Shown here in pieces: positions 29,179-40,385 of a stretch of 64,000 nt of DNA (position 1 is the stretch's first letter; every line of letters begins with the position of its first letter). The notes under the pieces are model-generated. The model had not been told where the DNA came from and searched no databases. It was given only the letters and a program-made list of their open reading frames with translations. The translations under genes and the position numbers were made by a program. The stretch comes from a virus (Duplodnaviria; Caudoviricetes): positions 1-64,000 of IMG/VR virus record IMGVR_UViG_642918906_000001; one strand, written 5' to 3'.

Positions 29179-30528
29179 ATGGCTTATTACCGTGTTACGT
29201 TTGGAAATCGTGAAACCATCGTAGAGTGTGATCAACCCATGTCCTATGTTGGAGAGATCTACAAAGATCGACTCATAGGAGAATGTGACGAATATGGTAA
29301 CCTTAGAGTGCCATACCTCAGTCCTGAGACTGAAGCTATGTTAGTGAGAGAAATTCAAGAGTTCGTCAATAAACACCCTCAGTTTATCAAAGACACTCAA
29401 ACTCCTGAACAACTAGCCAAGGTTAGTGAGCCTACCCAAGAGGCGAACAAACCATTTGATGTAGAGGGGTTGATTGCTGAAATGAAATCTGCACTGTTTA
29501 GTAATTTGGGACTACATCCAGATTCGAGAGAATATGCTGACCTGATAAGTCAGTTTGGTAAGCAGTGGCATGGTGGTATTATTGACTACCCACCTGTGTT
29601 TAAACCATTCTCTATGAACGATGAACAAAATACTCCAGTTGATGATACTGTAGCTAACCTAAAAGACTCTACTGGAGAAACTTCAATGTACCCTAAACTA
29701 GATAAGATGGTAATAGACTCGATGAACGAACCTGTGCGTTTTAAACCAATTAGCTCTACGCTGCAATTATCCAACCAAGAATTCAATGCTCTTCAACGTG
29801 TATTGCACCGTATGCCATCAACCATAACCGACGTTCAAGGTATTCTGGATTATACCTTAGAAGAACCGTTTATTTTACCTAGCCACTTTAAGAATAAGTT
29901 CTATGGTGAGTACTACATTGACTACGGTACATTCGGTCCTATGGTTGCTCTGTATAACCTGATCATGAAAGCATGTGAACTACGTGAAGACATCGTAGAA
30001 AGCAAAGGTACTGGCGAACCTATTAAGTTTACACTTAATGGCGTGGATGTAACTGACGCCGTTATGACCGATGCCACCAGTGTAAGTCTTGAAGAATGTG
30101 CAGGTGTGCCGGGTACTGTAGATAAGTCGTGTTGGGATGGCATATTCAATCCACATTTCCCAAATGAGTTCCCACCAACTCGGTTGGATACCCGTGTGAG
30201 TCAGAGCGCAGCTAATCATGAATGTCGTAAGGTAGTCATCTCAGCATTGAATGATTGGAAGCGTCGTGTAGATGCACGACATGCGTATCATTCCGATCAG
30301 ACTCAGGAACGTACGCATCTGCAAGAAGTTCAATTCAAGCATATTAAGCGTTATGCCAAGGCCGTCGTTAAATCTGTACTTGAGAATACTGATGATATTC
30401 TCGTTCACATTGACGTAGCTGAACAAGATAACTTTGGATTCATTACTGGTAGTGCTGATGGTAAATCACATACCCGTCACTTTACTGTTAAGTTCCATGA
30501 AAAGAACTGGATTATCTTAGAGGCCTAA
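29179..30528 (+). CDS. hypothetical protein, 449 aa
   Basis: long ORF, GAGGT RBS. Confidence 0.88.
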   Translation: MAYYRVTFGNRETIVECDQPMSYVGEIYKDRLIGECDEYGNLRVPYLSPETEAMLVREIQEFVNKHPQFIKDTQTPEQLAKVSEPTQEANKPFDVEGLIAEMKSALFSNLGLHPDSREYADLISQFGKQWHGGIIDYPPVFKPFSMNDEQNTPVDDTVANLKDSTGETSMYPKLDKMVIDSMNEPVRFKPISSTLQLSNQEFNALQRVLHRMPSTITDVQGILDYTLEEPFILPSHFKNKFYGEYYIDYGTFGPMVALYNLIMKACELREDIVESKGTGEPIKFTLNGVDVTDAVMTDATSVSLEECAGVPGTVDKSCWDGIFNPHFPNEFPPTRLDTRVSQSAANHECRKVVISALNDWKRRVDARHAYHSDQTQERTHLQEVQFKHIKRYAKAVVKSVLENTDDILVHIDVAEQDNFGFITGSADGKSHTRHFTVKFHEKNWIILEA

Positions 30529-30530
30529 CC

Positions 30531-30791
30531 ATGTTTGTAAGCCACTGTGGTACTTGTTGGGAAACACCATGTACGTGCCCGAGGTATTACAAAGGCCGTG
30601 TACCAACTGAATATGAGTTAAAGCAACTTTCAGTCGAAGAACTTAAGACCTTGATTGCCAACGCTCAAGCTATCATCGAGGCACGTGACGTTAAGGTTAC
30701 TTACAGCACAACTACCACAGTGGACGTAGGTCGTCTGCAAAACCTCCGTGCCTCACTAGGTCACCCTATCACTACCCCGGATGAAGATTAA
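30531..30791 (+). CDS. hypothetical protein with N-terminal CxxC-x4-CxC
   Basis: CGTCWETPCTC; GAGG RBS. Confidence 0.78.
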   Translation: MFVSHCGTCWETPCTCPRYYKGRVPTEYELKQLSVEELKTLIANAQAIIEARDVKVTYSTTTTVDVGRLQNLRASLGHPITTPDED

Positions 30792-30964
30792 TGTCTAATT
30801 TCTTTAATGGTAAAATGCTCAACGTCAACGCTGAACTGCAAAGCCACTTGAATCTCGGAGGCCAGTTGGTACTGACCGTCCAACGCGATGGGAAAACTGA
30901 ACTGGATTTCCTATTGAATGAAAAGTCTGTCGTTAAACTGAAATCGATTGTAGAAGGTAAATAA
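30791..30964 (+). CDS. 57-aa hypothetical protein (not in ORF track)
   Basis: TAATG coupling; MSNFFNGKMLNV...; fills gap. Confidence 0.65.
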   Translation: MSNFFNGKMLNVNAELQSHLNLGGQLVLTVQRDGKTELDFLLNEKSVVKLKSIVEGK

Positions 30965-30965
30965 C

Positions 30966-31478
30966 ATGGCCGCACTAAAAGCCTCTGAACAAACTATCGC
31001 AGATACCCTCTCAGCTTGCCGTGAACCATTCACTGCTGATGAGCTTTTCCAGAACTGCGCAGCTGACCAGATCCCAGTCCCTTACCATCAATGTAAGGCT
31101 TTGGCTGAGATCTCTCACAAGTGTATTGAGAACGGTGGCTTTTACAACATCCTCTCCCGCATTGACGGTGGTGGTAACGTATTGACCTTTTTCAATAACC
31201 AAGGCGATCTGCTTAATGCAGTTGCATTGAATCGACCAGAGATCTCTAAGGATCGTAAGATTCCTAAACTGAATTGGCTCAAGCAATACTTCGCTAATAT
31301 CGGCTATACGCAAGATCGAATTGAGATCAAGTACATCCAGCGTATGATTGAATCTCATATCCGTGATGGTGGTAGTTGGGCAACTACACTCAATGATACG
31401 TCGATCGTATTCATCTTGAAAATGCACGGTCAGGTTAAGGCACACATGGAATTCCATAAGGAGTATCGCGGTGAGTGA
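30966..31478 (+). CDS. hypothetical protein
   Basis: AAGGT RBS, 170 aa. Confidence 0.8.
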   Translation: MAALKASEQTIADTLSACREPFTADELFQNCAADQIPVPYHQCKALAEISHKCIENGGFYNILSRIDGGGNVLTFFNNQGDLLNAVALNRPEISKDRKIPKLNWLKQYFANIGYTQDRIEIKYIQRMIESHIRDGGSWATTLNDTSIVFILKMHGQVKAHMEFHKEYRGE

Positions 31479-31803
31479 ATCTGGTATTGCAATTGATCCT
31501 GACAGTAAAACGGTATTGTTGATCGGCGAGGATATCATCCATCGGGTATTCCAACGATCAGCTAGTAAATACACTCTCCGAGATTTTAATAAGATCGCTC
31601 AGGCGATCGTCCATAACCAAGGTGCCGCCTATGGGGCTTACCTGAATGGTGTGGATGACGATGAATGGTGTCTTGGTTGTGTTACACAAGAAGACTCCAT
31701 TACTTTAACTCGTTATCTAGAAGACCCATCTGCTGAAGTACATCTCACCCAGGTGGAACACGATTTAATCCCAAATAAGTCGCCAGCGGCAAAGCTACAT
31801 TGA
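31471..31803 (+). CDS. hypothetical protein
   Basis: GTG start, TAAGGAG RBS. Confidence 0.78.
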   Translation: MSESGIAIDPDSKTVLLIGEDIIHRVFQRSASKYTLRDFNKIAQAIVHNQGAAYGAYLNGVDDDEWCLGCVTQEDSITLTRYLEDPSAEVHLTQVEHDLIPNKSPAAKLH

Positions 31804-31883
31804 TCAATCTATTGACAGTTCGTCATTAATCTACTCGAGGTACGTATACTGTGTTGAAACCCTACAATTTTGAGGAACCAAAG

Positions 31884-33163
<1,280 letters not shown>

Positions 33164-33164
33164 C

Positions 33165-33494
33165 ATGTCCAATTTCAAAAAAGGTGAAGGCATTGCAACT
33201 ATCACACCCGAGCCTTTTAGTAACCATCACCTTAAAGTTGGTAACCGTTATCAGGTAATGGTGTTGGCTGGAACTGAGGTGGTCGAGACTAGTTGGGTAA
33301 ATGTAATTCTGCCAGGCACTGTAGTACTACATGGTGAGATGGGTATCTATGCCTATCCAAATAACTGGTTCCGGCTGCATAGCCGATCCAAATTGTTCTA
33401 CACGCACTACAGCGAATTCTACGATGTACTGATCAAGGACGTCGATGGTCGAACTGTAGCTGCTTTGACTAACGTTGAGGTGATCCGTGAGTGA
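33165..33494 (+). CDS. hypothetical protein
   Basis: AAGGA RBS. Confidence 0.78.
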   Translation: MSNFKKGEGIATITPEPFSNHHLKVGNRYQVMVLAGTEVVETSWVNVILPGTVVLHGEMGIYAYPNNWFRLHSRSKLFYTHYSEFYDVLIKDVDGRTVAALTNVEVIRE

Positions 33495-34026
33495 GATAAT
33501 CTTGACACCTACACCGGGTGTAATTACCTTAGGCGGGTTGGATAAAATACGACCTAAGGTAACCGTGTTGAATTGTTGGAACGCTGAGAAGTATCGTTTA
33601 CCCGTACCAGTGATTAGTTTCTGTGAATGGAATGGTCTGGCCCCTAATGAACGCCACACATATCCACTGGGTACTCACCATGTTGACGTCCAGCGTATTT
33701 ACTGCGATGACGTAGAGGATCAGATTGACGCGAGTTACAGACTGTTTGATTACATTGATGCGGTCAAGATCATTACGTTTCTTGACAAGCATCGTGGGCA
33801 AGACATCATGGTTCATTGTGCGGCAGGTGTTAGTCGTAGCCCTGCTTGCGCAAAGTTTATGTTAGATTACCTTGGCTACCGATTGGATGAGTTCAATAAC
33901 CATTCGAACTTCTTTGACCGGCATAATACTGTGGTCTACTATAATCTGAAACGGGCAATGCTCGATCATACTGGACCCATTGAAAGAATTAAGGCGGCGA
34001 GTTATGGCAAAGAAAAAGAAGTTTAA
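33487..34026 (+). CDS. protein-tyrosine/dual-specificity phosphatase family protein
   Basis: catalytic loop VHCAAGVSRS (HCX5RS); upstream acid loop YCDD. Confidence 0.9.
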   Translation: MSEIILTPTPGVITLGGLDKIRPKVTVLNCWNAEKYRLPVPVISFCEWNGLAPNERHTYPLGTHHVDVQRIYCDDVEDQIDASYRLFDYIDAVKIITFLDKHRGQDIMVHCAAGVSRSPACAKFMLDYLGYRLDEFNNHSNFFDRHNTVVYYNLKRAMLDHTGPIERIKAASYGKEKEV

Positions 34027-34213
34027 AGGCAACAATGCTCAGTTGGTTGGTGACACTCGACTGACCAAACGCGAAATGAAAAAGTTCCAAGCAGTTTATC
34101 ACAACGTTAGTCGAGATAACGAGAAGCGTATGGAACAACACGCTATAGTCCAAGCGCAGGCTGGTACAGTCAACATTGGTGGCGTAGCTAATCTGGGTGA
34201 TGTAAATGCTTGA
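34004..34213 (+). CDS. small basic hypothetical protein
   Basis: start moved to ATG 34004; MAKKKKFKG. Confidence 0.7.
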   Translation: MAKKKKFKGNNAQLVGDTRLTKREMKKFQAVYHNVSRDNEKRMEQHAIVQAQAGTVNIGGVANLGDVNA

Positions 34214-34388
34214 ACTGGCAGTTAGCTTTTGGGGTTCAGTAGTATTTAATTTGTTCGTACTGGTATTCGGTATGATGCATCACCGCATTGACCTTAATAC
34301 CAATCGGTTCTATAACGGACTACTGTTACTCGGTACGATCGTAATGGTGTGTTCTGGTGTAGGTTGGGTATTTACCGGCGGAGGCTGA
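34206..34388 (+). CDS. small 2-TM membrane protein
   Basis: two hydrophobic helices. Confidence 0.72.
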   Translation: MLELAVSFWGSVVFNLFVLVFGMMHHRIDLNTNRFYNGLLLLGTIVMVCSGVGWVFTGGG

Positions 34389-34389
34389 T

Positions 34390-34563
34390 ATGTCATCATG
34401 GGCGGCTTCATGGGGTTTAAATGGGTTGCTAGTATTGGCGGTACTCTACCTGTTCGCTTTTGCTGCGAGTAAGAATAAACGCGTACTGCACATCGCACTG
34501 GTATTCTTTCTAGGGCTAGCGATGTACGGTACTTTACCAGCGGATGCATTTATGTGTAGGTGA
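34390..34563 (+). CDS. 57-aa 2-TM membrane protein (not in ORF track)
   Basis: MSSWAASWGLNGLLVLAVLYLFAFAASKNKRVLHIALVFFLGLAMYG...; GGAGG RBS. Confidence 0.7.
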   Translation: MSSWAASWGLNGLLVLAVLYLFAFAASKNKRVLHIALVFFLGLAMYGTLPADAFMCR

Positions 34564-34566
34564 GTT

Positions 34567-35040
34567 ATGTCTAAGTTAAAGGCAAAGCTTGATCAAGCAG
34601 TTGCTGGAAACTTAGGTATCGAACTAGTCCCCAATTCAATCACTCTAAAAGAAATTGCGGATAAACCAGCATCCGTAACAGGTCTGATCCTAGCCTACGT
34701 GGAAGGTGATGATTACTGTTACGATGTGGTCCCCGTATGGCGTTACGTTAATGGGATGCGAATCAAGATACCTAGGTTCCACTCGCGTCCCATTATTGAG
34801 GCGCGATTAGCTAAACAGTTTTATCTCAGGTACTACGCTTTGTTTGATGGTAAGCTATGCCCATTAAAGGTGAGTAAACCCTCTGACCTAAAAGCTAGGT
34901 TACCTTTCAAAGTGCGTGAGGACGACTTGTATCGTTCCACGGTTATTTCACCAGACGCTGTAATGGGCTTACGAAAGAAGCCATTACTATTCCATAGACG
35001 GAGAGTTAACTATGAACTACAAGCTTCGATTCTGGCATGA
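34567..35040 (+). CDS. hypothetical protein
   Basis: AGGTG RBS. Confidence 0.78.
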   Translation: MSKLKAKLDQAVAGNLGIELVPNSITLKEIADKPASVTGLILAYVEGDDYCYDVVPVWRYVNGMRIKIPRFHSRPIIEARLAKQFYLRYYALFDGKLCPLKVSKPSDLKARLPFKVREDDLYRSTVISPDAVMGLRKKPLLFHRRRVNYELQASILA

Positions 35041-35386
35041 ACTGTTTCAAAATCTGATTGGCGTGCACCTCGTTAATGGCTGCCATTTTGACGGGTTCCT
35101 GATTAAGGGTGAAGGTAATTCGTTTATGCAGTTGGAACGACTTGACTATTCAGCCACTAGCCCAGAGCCTTTCCTGCGATATACTTTCAAATCGCCAGAA
35201 GGTGGTGACATCATCTACAGTGTAAATAACAAACCTGATGGTGGGATGGAGACAGTGGTAGACCGTGTGCGTGATGCCAATGGGGTAATTCAACTACTAG
35301 ATGGTCCTAATCTAATTGCTGAGGAAGTCATGCAGGATGTTTATCTCCACGCTGTAAAACTTATGGCCACCATTTGGTATACCTGA
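35012..35386 (+). CDS. hypothetical protein
   Basis: GGAG RBS. Confidence 0.78.
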   Translation: MNYKLRFWHELFQNLIGVHLVNGCHFDGFLIKGEGNSFMQLERLDYSATSPEPFLRYTFKSPEGGDIIYSVNNKPDGGMETVVDRVRDANGVIQLLDGPNLIAEEVMQDVYLHAVKLMATIWYT

Positions 35387-35393
35387 GGTTAAA

Positions 35394-35666
35394 ATGAATC
35401 GCCAAGAGCAATTTAAACAGTTGGTTGAAGAGTGGCTTGAACTGGATCTCCCATACACCTGCACTTCACTTGATCTTTACACCAGTGTTCGGATTGAGCG
35501 TAAGGCTGACACCGTGGTGTTCAGTAGTAAACGTGCGGGTCAAGTAGGTGAACTGGGTATGGCTCAGATCAAAGATGGGAAAGTCGATGGTATGGTTTAC
35601 GTAAGTTCCACACCACATCTGGGTTTGATGTTGTTTGGTCTAGAGAAATCAGTAGAAGCTAACTAA
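35394..35666 (+). CDS. hypothetical protein
   Basis: GAGGT RBS. Confidence 0.78.
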   Translation: MNRQEQFKQLVEEWLELDLPYTCTSLDLYTSVRIERKADTVVFSSKRAGQVGELGMAQIKDGKVDGMVYVSSTPHLGLMLFGLEKSVEAN

Positions 35667-35744
35667 TGTCAACTAGGGCACTCGTCGATCAGGTTGAGAC
35701 GGATGCCTATTTAATGCTTTATGAAATCCGTCAAAGGTGTAGAA

Positions 35745-35990
35745 ATGAGCGTCAACAAACTTTTACTGAGTCTGATTGCAGTAGCTTTACTGGTGATAGC
35801 GTTCGGGCAGAGTCGCCATGTAATGGAGATCAAGAACTATCTGGTCCCATCCAAATCCGACATTATCCTAAACGTATCCCATTCAGATGAAGCTTACCGT
35901 AGTTGTCTTCGTAAAGTCTCAGCGGGCGTTGGCGTAGTTAATATCAATCAAATGCAAAAATGTGCAGAGGATACCGGGTATGGAAAATGA
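35745..35990 (+). CDS. membrane-anchored/exported protein with Cys pair
   Basis: start moved to ATG 35745 (AAGGTG RBS); signal-like N-terminus; AYRSCL...QMQKC. Confidence 0.72.
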   Translation: MSVNKLLLSLIAVALLVIAFGQSRHVMEIKNYLVPSKSDIILNVSHSDEAYRSCLRKVSAGVGVVNINQMQKCAEDTGYGK

Positions 35991-36234
35991 CATGCGCTTC
36001 TTAGAGCGTAAACCAAATGTTTGGATGTGGATCTTTCTGATCGTGCTGGTAATGTCAGCTACGCAGTGCACGATTAAAACCGAAGAGAGTAAAGTTGCCC
36101 AAGCCAAACTAGAAGACGACTGGAACAACTCGCCTGAGAAGGCATTTCGCTTCTGTCTCGTTACGGTAGCCGGTGAATCGGGTACAGCCACTCCTGAGCA
36201 AATCAATGCATGTAACAAAGCGGCGGGGCGTTAA
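35980..36234 (+). CDS. membrane-anchored protein with Cys pair, paralog of 35745
   Basis: GAGGA RBS; TM segment; AFRFCL...QINAC. Confidence 0.72.
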   Translation: MENDMRFLERKPNVWMWIFLIVLVMSATQCTIKTEESKVAQAKLEDDWNNSPEKAFRFCLVTVAGESGTATPEQINACNKAAGR

Positions 36235-36235
36235 G

Positions 36236-36451
36236 ATGGAAGATAAAACAGATGTAGTTGTCGAAGCGCCTAAACAGAAAGGTATTGACCTTAGCTGGGT
36301 TTTCTTTGGAATGCTTGCAATGTCAATTGGTAGTTGCAGTGGTATGACTGCCCTAGGTAATGCATACCAGAGAGCTGAAGAATACAAAGCTGATAAACAA
36401 CTCCAGATTACTCAACTTCAAATCAAACATCAGGAATCGAAACATGACTAA
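36236..36451 (+). CDS. small single-TM protein
   Basis: start moved to ATG 36236; LSWVFFGMLAMSIGSC. Confidence 0.68.
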   Translation: MEDKTDVVVEAPKQKGIDLSWVFFGMLAMSIGSCSGMTALGNAYQRAEEYKADKQLQITQLQIKHQESKHD

Positions 36452-37085
36452 GCGTAATATCGCTATTGCAAACTTTAGTCCATCCGTGGTAGAAGGCTCC
36501 AGCTGGCCGCGGTTCACTGGATGGAAAATGGTCGGTAAGCCATATATTGAATCGGGACTGTTTGGACTGATTGATAAGGGTACCCGCATGCATCGGTTCT
36601 TTAAAGACACCACTTTCGAAGATGTCCTTGCTAACCAACTGGTTTACGAGTACCAGACTAGTGTCCGAGGTACGCCACTTTCGATTGAGTATTACGAAGA
36701 CCGTAAAATGGGTGCTGAGATCATTATGGCACCACCTCGGTCATTGGATTTCAGTGTTCGTTGGTTGCCTCCATATCAGTACATCGATAAAGACTATGTT
36801 GAGTGGGATGTCTACGTAGTGATCACTGGTGAAGATATTTATATCCGTGGTGACTTCCAGCAAAGCTTTATTGCTCGTGGTTATTGGGATATGGAGATCT
36901 GGAAGCCAAAGTTCGAAATTGGAGAAGCCTGGAACGACATCAAGACGATCGAACAAGCAACTATCAACTATGTGGTTGCTTCAGGTTATCCTGCTATGGG
37001 TTGCATCAACCGTATTGGCGACGATGGTCCACGCGAATACGTAGTTAAAGATGTCTATCAGGAAATCCCAGGATACCAAGCTTGA
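36444..37085 (+). CDS. hypothetical protein
   Basis: start moved to ATG 36444 (AGGA RBS). Confidence 0.82.
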   Translation: MTKRNIAIANFSPSVVEGSSWPRFTGWKMVGKPYIESGLFGLIDKGTRMHRFFKDTTFEDVLANQLVYEYQTSVRGTPLSIEYYEDRKMGAEIIMAPPRSLDFSVRWLPPYQYIDKDYVEWDVYVVITGEDIYIRGDFQQSFIARGYWDMEIWKPKFEIGEAWNDIKTIEQATINYVVASGYPAMGCINRIGDDGPREYVVKDVYQEIPGYQA

Positions 37086-37097
37086 ATTAAGTAACAG

Positions 37098-37144
37098 CAT
37101 AAAGCCTCTCCTTCGGGAGAGGCTTTATGTCGTTTTCTTTTTAT
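37098..37144. terminator. bidirectional intrinsic terminator
   Basis: perfect 14-bp stem CATAAAGCCTCTCC-TTCG-GGAGAGGCTTTATG; convergent genes. Confidence 0.92.
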
Positions 37145-37147
37145 TCC

Positions 37148-37972
37148 TTATTGTGCTGCCAAGATAGTTCGGACGTGAGTACGATTACCTTCAGGGTCGT
37201 TGAAGTTACGGAGGATCTTCTGACACTTCTTAAGTTGCTCGTCGTAAAGATCATTCATCTCGGACCATTCGTAAACCTTGTCACGGAATACACCAAGTTC
37301 TTGACCACCACTCAGTTGAGCTTCGCCCATGCTAATGAACATCTCGTTGTAACAATGCGCTTTAACAGCGTACTCAAACAACTTAGCAAAAGCAAGCCAA
37401 CTAGGTTGACGGATGTTATTGAGTTCATCATCGTTACCTAAGCGACACGCTAGATAAGCCGTAGCCGAAGGCATGAAGATAAACCGAACCATAAAGGTGT
37501 TGTGGTTAATCAGACCTAAGTAACTAGTCTGAGCAACAGGTGCCTTACGTGCAGAGTCTAATACCTGACGAGTAGCTGCGGTCATGGCCGATTCATTAAA
37601 CGTCATGGCGTAGCCAGTGTTCTGATACCCTAAGATACCAAAGTGGATACTGTAAAGTTGGACGATCGGTCGACCTTGGGTGTATTCATCTGGCACGTAA
37701 TAAACTGTAGTGTATGGATCTACGTATTGAGCACGTACCGGATAGTCTAATGGAATAAACGTCTTAGTGCCACCGACGATCTCAAGGTCGGGTTTAATCC
37801 GCCCTTCAATCACGATCTCCTTAATACGATGTTCCATCGATACGTTAACACCACAACCAGACGTAGTCAGACTAAGATCATCGCCATCCGTAGAACTAAC
37901 GAATACCTGATTTAAAATCTGACGCGGAATGCGGGGTCGAATGTAATTAAGAGCATATTGGATAACACTCAT
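37148..37972 (-). CDS. conserved hypothetical protein of phiKZ-like phages
   Basis: 274 aa, AGGA RBS, isolated - strand gene. Confidence 0.82.
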   Translation of the reverse strand: MSVIQYALNYIRPRIPRQILNQVFVSSTDGDDLSLTTSGCGVNVSMEHRIKEIVIEGRIKPDLEIVGGTKTFIPLDYPVRAQYVDPYTTVYYVPDEYTQGRPIVQLYSIHFGILGYQNTGYAMTFNESAMTAATRQVLDSARKAPVAQTSYLGLINHNTFMVRFIFMPSATAYLACRLGNDDELNNIRQPSWLAFAKLFEYAVKAHCYNEMFISMGEAQLSGGQELGVFRDKVYEWSEMNDLYDEQLKKCQKILRNFNDPEGNRTHVRTILAAQ

Positions 37973-38081
37973 GTGCGTTCGTTTCCTGTATCGTGTTATA
38001 GAGGCCTTCCCGAACGTGTAGATATACTAGAGCTACGTATATTATACGAAGAGGGAAGCGTAATTCAAATAATTTCAAATC

Positions 38082-38096
38082 TATATCATGAAGGTG
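38082..38096 (+). promoter_or_regulatory. variant early promoter
   Basis: TATATCAT-GAAG-GTG upstream of operon. Confidence 0.6.
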
Positions 38097-38115
38097 AATA
38101 ATTATCGAGACGTGT

Positions 38116-38541
38116 ATGATGACACTGGAACCAATACCACCACATGTGCTACTCACTTATGATATTCGAACAGCACTGAGTAAGATCGATCTATATCCGA
38201 TCAAGCATTATGCGCTGACTCGATATCAGAATGAGCACAACATCAACCCTGATTTCGCAATGTTGATTCCACAGGGGTCTCCAACCGATCAGAAGTTGAG
38301 AGCGATTGAAGCACAGATCATTGATGACTTGATCATCACCATGATTAATAGCTTTGAACATACATGGATTCAACGCGACCTTCGACACATTACTTTAGAA
38401 GAACAAAGTTTCTTCAACACTCAATCTGACTTCAGACATGAGTTGTTTATGTGTGTACGCATTCAACCCGAATATGCAGGAGTATTCGCTCACTATCAAC
38501 GAATCAGTGAGTCGATCTTCTTGGCAGTTCCTAAGTACTAA
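38116..38541 (+). CDS. hypothetical protein
   Basis: first gene of tightly coupled operon. Confidence 0.78.
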   Translation: MMTLEPIPPHVLLTYDIRTALSKIDLYPIKHYALTRYQNEHNINPDFAMLIPQGSPTDQKLRAIEAQIIDDLIITMINSFEHTWIQRDLRHITLEEQSFFNTQSDFRHELFMCVRIQPEYAGVFAHYQRISESIFLAVPKY

Positions 38542-39596
38542 TGGCGGAAGCAATGGAAAACTCTAAACGGTTTATTGTGCTTGAGGCACAAGACCAAGCG
38601 AATAACTTGGTTGACTACATCGAGTGGCTTGCACTCACTCAACCCGATCTAGGCCTCAAGGCTATTACTCGTAGGGAAGCATCCAACATTGTTTATCTGT
38701 TGGTGCGTGACATCGTGGATTATCAGTTGGCACACAGACCACTGAATCCTGAAAACGTAGAGATGATTGTAAGCATCCTGTTCGGTACACCGAAGAACAA
38801 ACTTACTCCAGACCTTACTAAACGCTACGCCCGTGTTACCGAAGAACAGATGTGGCAAAGCATCGTTTCCACCATTCGTAAACAAGTTCATCAAACTGTA
38901 AAGTACGATACCTGGGTTGAATGGAATGTTGTTAAAGCGGGTACTCTGGTAGGTCTGGCTGAAGGTGAAGATCATCGGATCACTGAGTATCATCGTGAAG
39001 CCAAAGCTGTAGACGATGAAGATGAATCGATTCTTACCTTGAACTGTAAGAACCCTATCAACTATCTATACAGTGAGTTCTCTAAACGGTACGGGTCTAA
39101 CTTTGCCCAGCTACGGTTAATGTTGAATGATCCAAATACCAAAATGGATAACTTCTATCGTAACCTTCTCAATAAGTTTATCCAAGATCCAACTGAATAC
39201 ATCATCGGCTTGTTCCTAGACACGCTGATTATGATGCACCCACAGATGGAGCTCGCATCCTGCTCACCAAAGCGTAGCATGTTTATTGAACGTGCACTGG
39301 GTATTCATGACATGAGTAGCTTCCAATCCCGTACTGTACAAAAGCTGATCATGGCTTTCGGTATGAATTGGTTCAACCATGAGATCAAGAAAGACGAACA
39401 ATACATTGTTGAGTATTATCAAGCAACTCACATCATGGCAATCTTCAAGAAAACCTATTCGAGCCTCACTGAGAAATATGAAGCTGATCTGGTAGTTGCC
39501 TTGGTACGTGGGGATTACCTACCACCTGAAGAACGTAAGCTGGCTGAGAAGCTTTATCAAGAGCATCCACAGCTTCACGTTAACTTGGCACCTTGA
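38541..39596 (+). CDS. hypothetical protein, 351 aa
   Basis: long ORF, TAATG coupling. Confidence 0.87.
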   Translation: MAEAMENSKRFIVLEAQDQANNLVDYIEWLALTQPDLGLKAITRREASNIVYLLVRDIVDYQLAHRPLNPENVEMIVSILFGTPKNKLTPDLTKRYARVTEEQMWQSIVSTIRKQVHQTVKYDTWVEWNVVKAGTLVGLAEGEDHRITEYHREAKAVDDEDESILTLNCKNPINYLYSEFSKRYGSNFAQLRLMLNDPNTKMDNFYRNLLNKFIQDPTEYIIGLFLDTLIMMHPQMELASCSPKRSMFIERALGIHDMSSFQSRTVQKLIMAFGMNWFNHEIKKDEQYIVEYYQATHIMAIFKKTYSSLTEKYEADLVVALVRGDYLPPEERKLAEKLYQEHPQLHVNLAP

Positions 39597-40039
39597 TGAA
39601 TATACTGATTGCTCACGAGAGCTACCCAACTCATAATTGGGCACACGATTGGTGGCCAGTGGTGTCGAGCTTCTTCCCAAGGCAGAAGCTCCTCCACACC
39701 ATCGCTACTCTACTAATGGTGAAAAATGACGATACCGCTGGTGAAACCTATGATGAAGCAATTAATGAAACAATCGATGAACTCATTGGTCGTCGGTGCT
39801 CTGACGAAGACGAAGAGAATCCAGTCCCAACTCTCACCGATGACGAAAGACATCAAGTGGCCGAGTACTTGCGTGACGCTGTCAAAGCGATGCATCCATA
39901 CATGCCTGACACTGGGGCGCTTGAACTCGTCACCTATGTAAGTGAACCTGAAAACGACAAGTTCTATCTGGTAGTGAGGTATTGGCCTGAAGATGAGCAT
40001 TCTAGTAAGGCTTTCGCCAGCCCTAGTGTACGGGGATAA
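39593..40039 (+). CDS. acidic hypothetical protein
   Basis: overlap coupling (ATG at 39596). Confidence 0.78.
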   Translation: MMNILIAHESYPTHNWAHDWWPVVSSFFPRQKLLHTIATLLMVKNDDTAGETYDEAINETIDELIGRRCSDEDEENPVPTLTDDERHQVAEYLRDAVKAMHPYMPDTGALELVTYVSEPENDKFYLVVRYWPEDEHSSKAFASPSVRG

Positions 40040-40385
40040 ACTGGGTCTCGTTGAACTGCTCGGGGACAAGGTTGGATTGAGTGTAAGCGACATCAACGAT
40101 TCGATGATCGCTTACTTCGAGTACAACTACTTCAATTGTCCATTTACCTTTAGCGATAAAGATATTGTAGATCAGTACTTCATGGGTGATCCCATGGGGT
40201 ACGATTTGCTTTATGCCGTAAACGCTAGGTTTCCTGAGATCAACGCATATATTCCAGACGGTGTTAAAAGCATTCGTTATGCTCGAACACTTAAAGATGG
40301 TTTCTATTTAATTTGCGAGCCTGACGATGAACACGTTACTGACGTTCGACTCAACCCCCTTCACCAAACATTTAGTGAAGGCTGA
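39993..40385 (+). CDS. hypothetical protein
   Basis: operon packing. Confidence 0.75.
   Translation: MSILVRLSPALVYGDKLGLVELLGDKVGLSVSDINDSMIAYFEYNYFNCPFTFSDKDIVDQYFMGDPMGYDLLYAVNARFPEINAYIPDGVKSIRYARTLKDGFYLICEPDDEHVTDVRLNPLHQTFSEG

Noticed and set aside
31812-31850. Sigma70-like TTGACA and TATACT upstream of phuZ
   Set aside because: Spacer is 27 nt rather than about 17
35666-35890. 74-aa ORF coupled by TAATG
   Set aside because: Overlaps 35745..35990, which has an RBS and a paralog next door; not fully excluded
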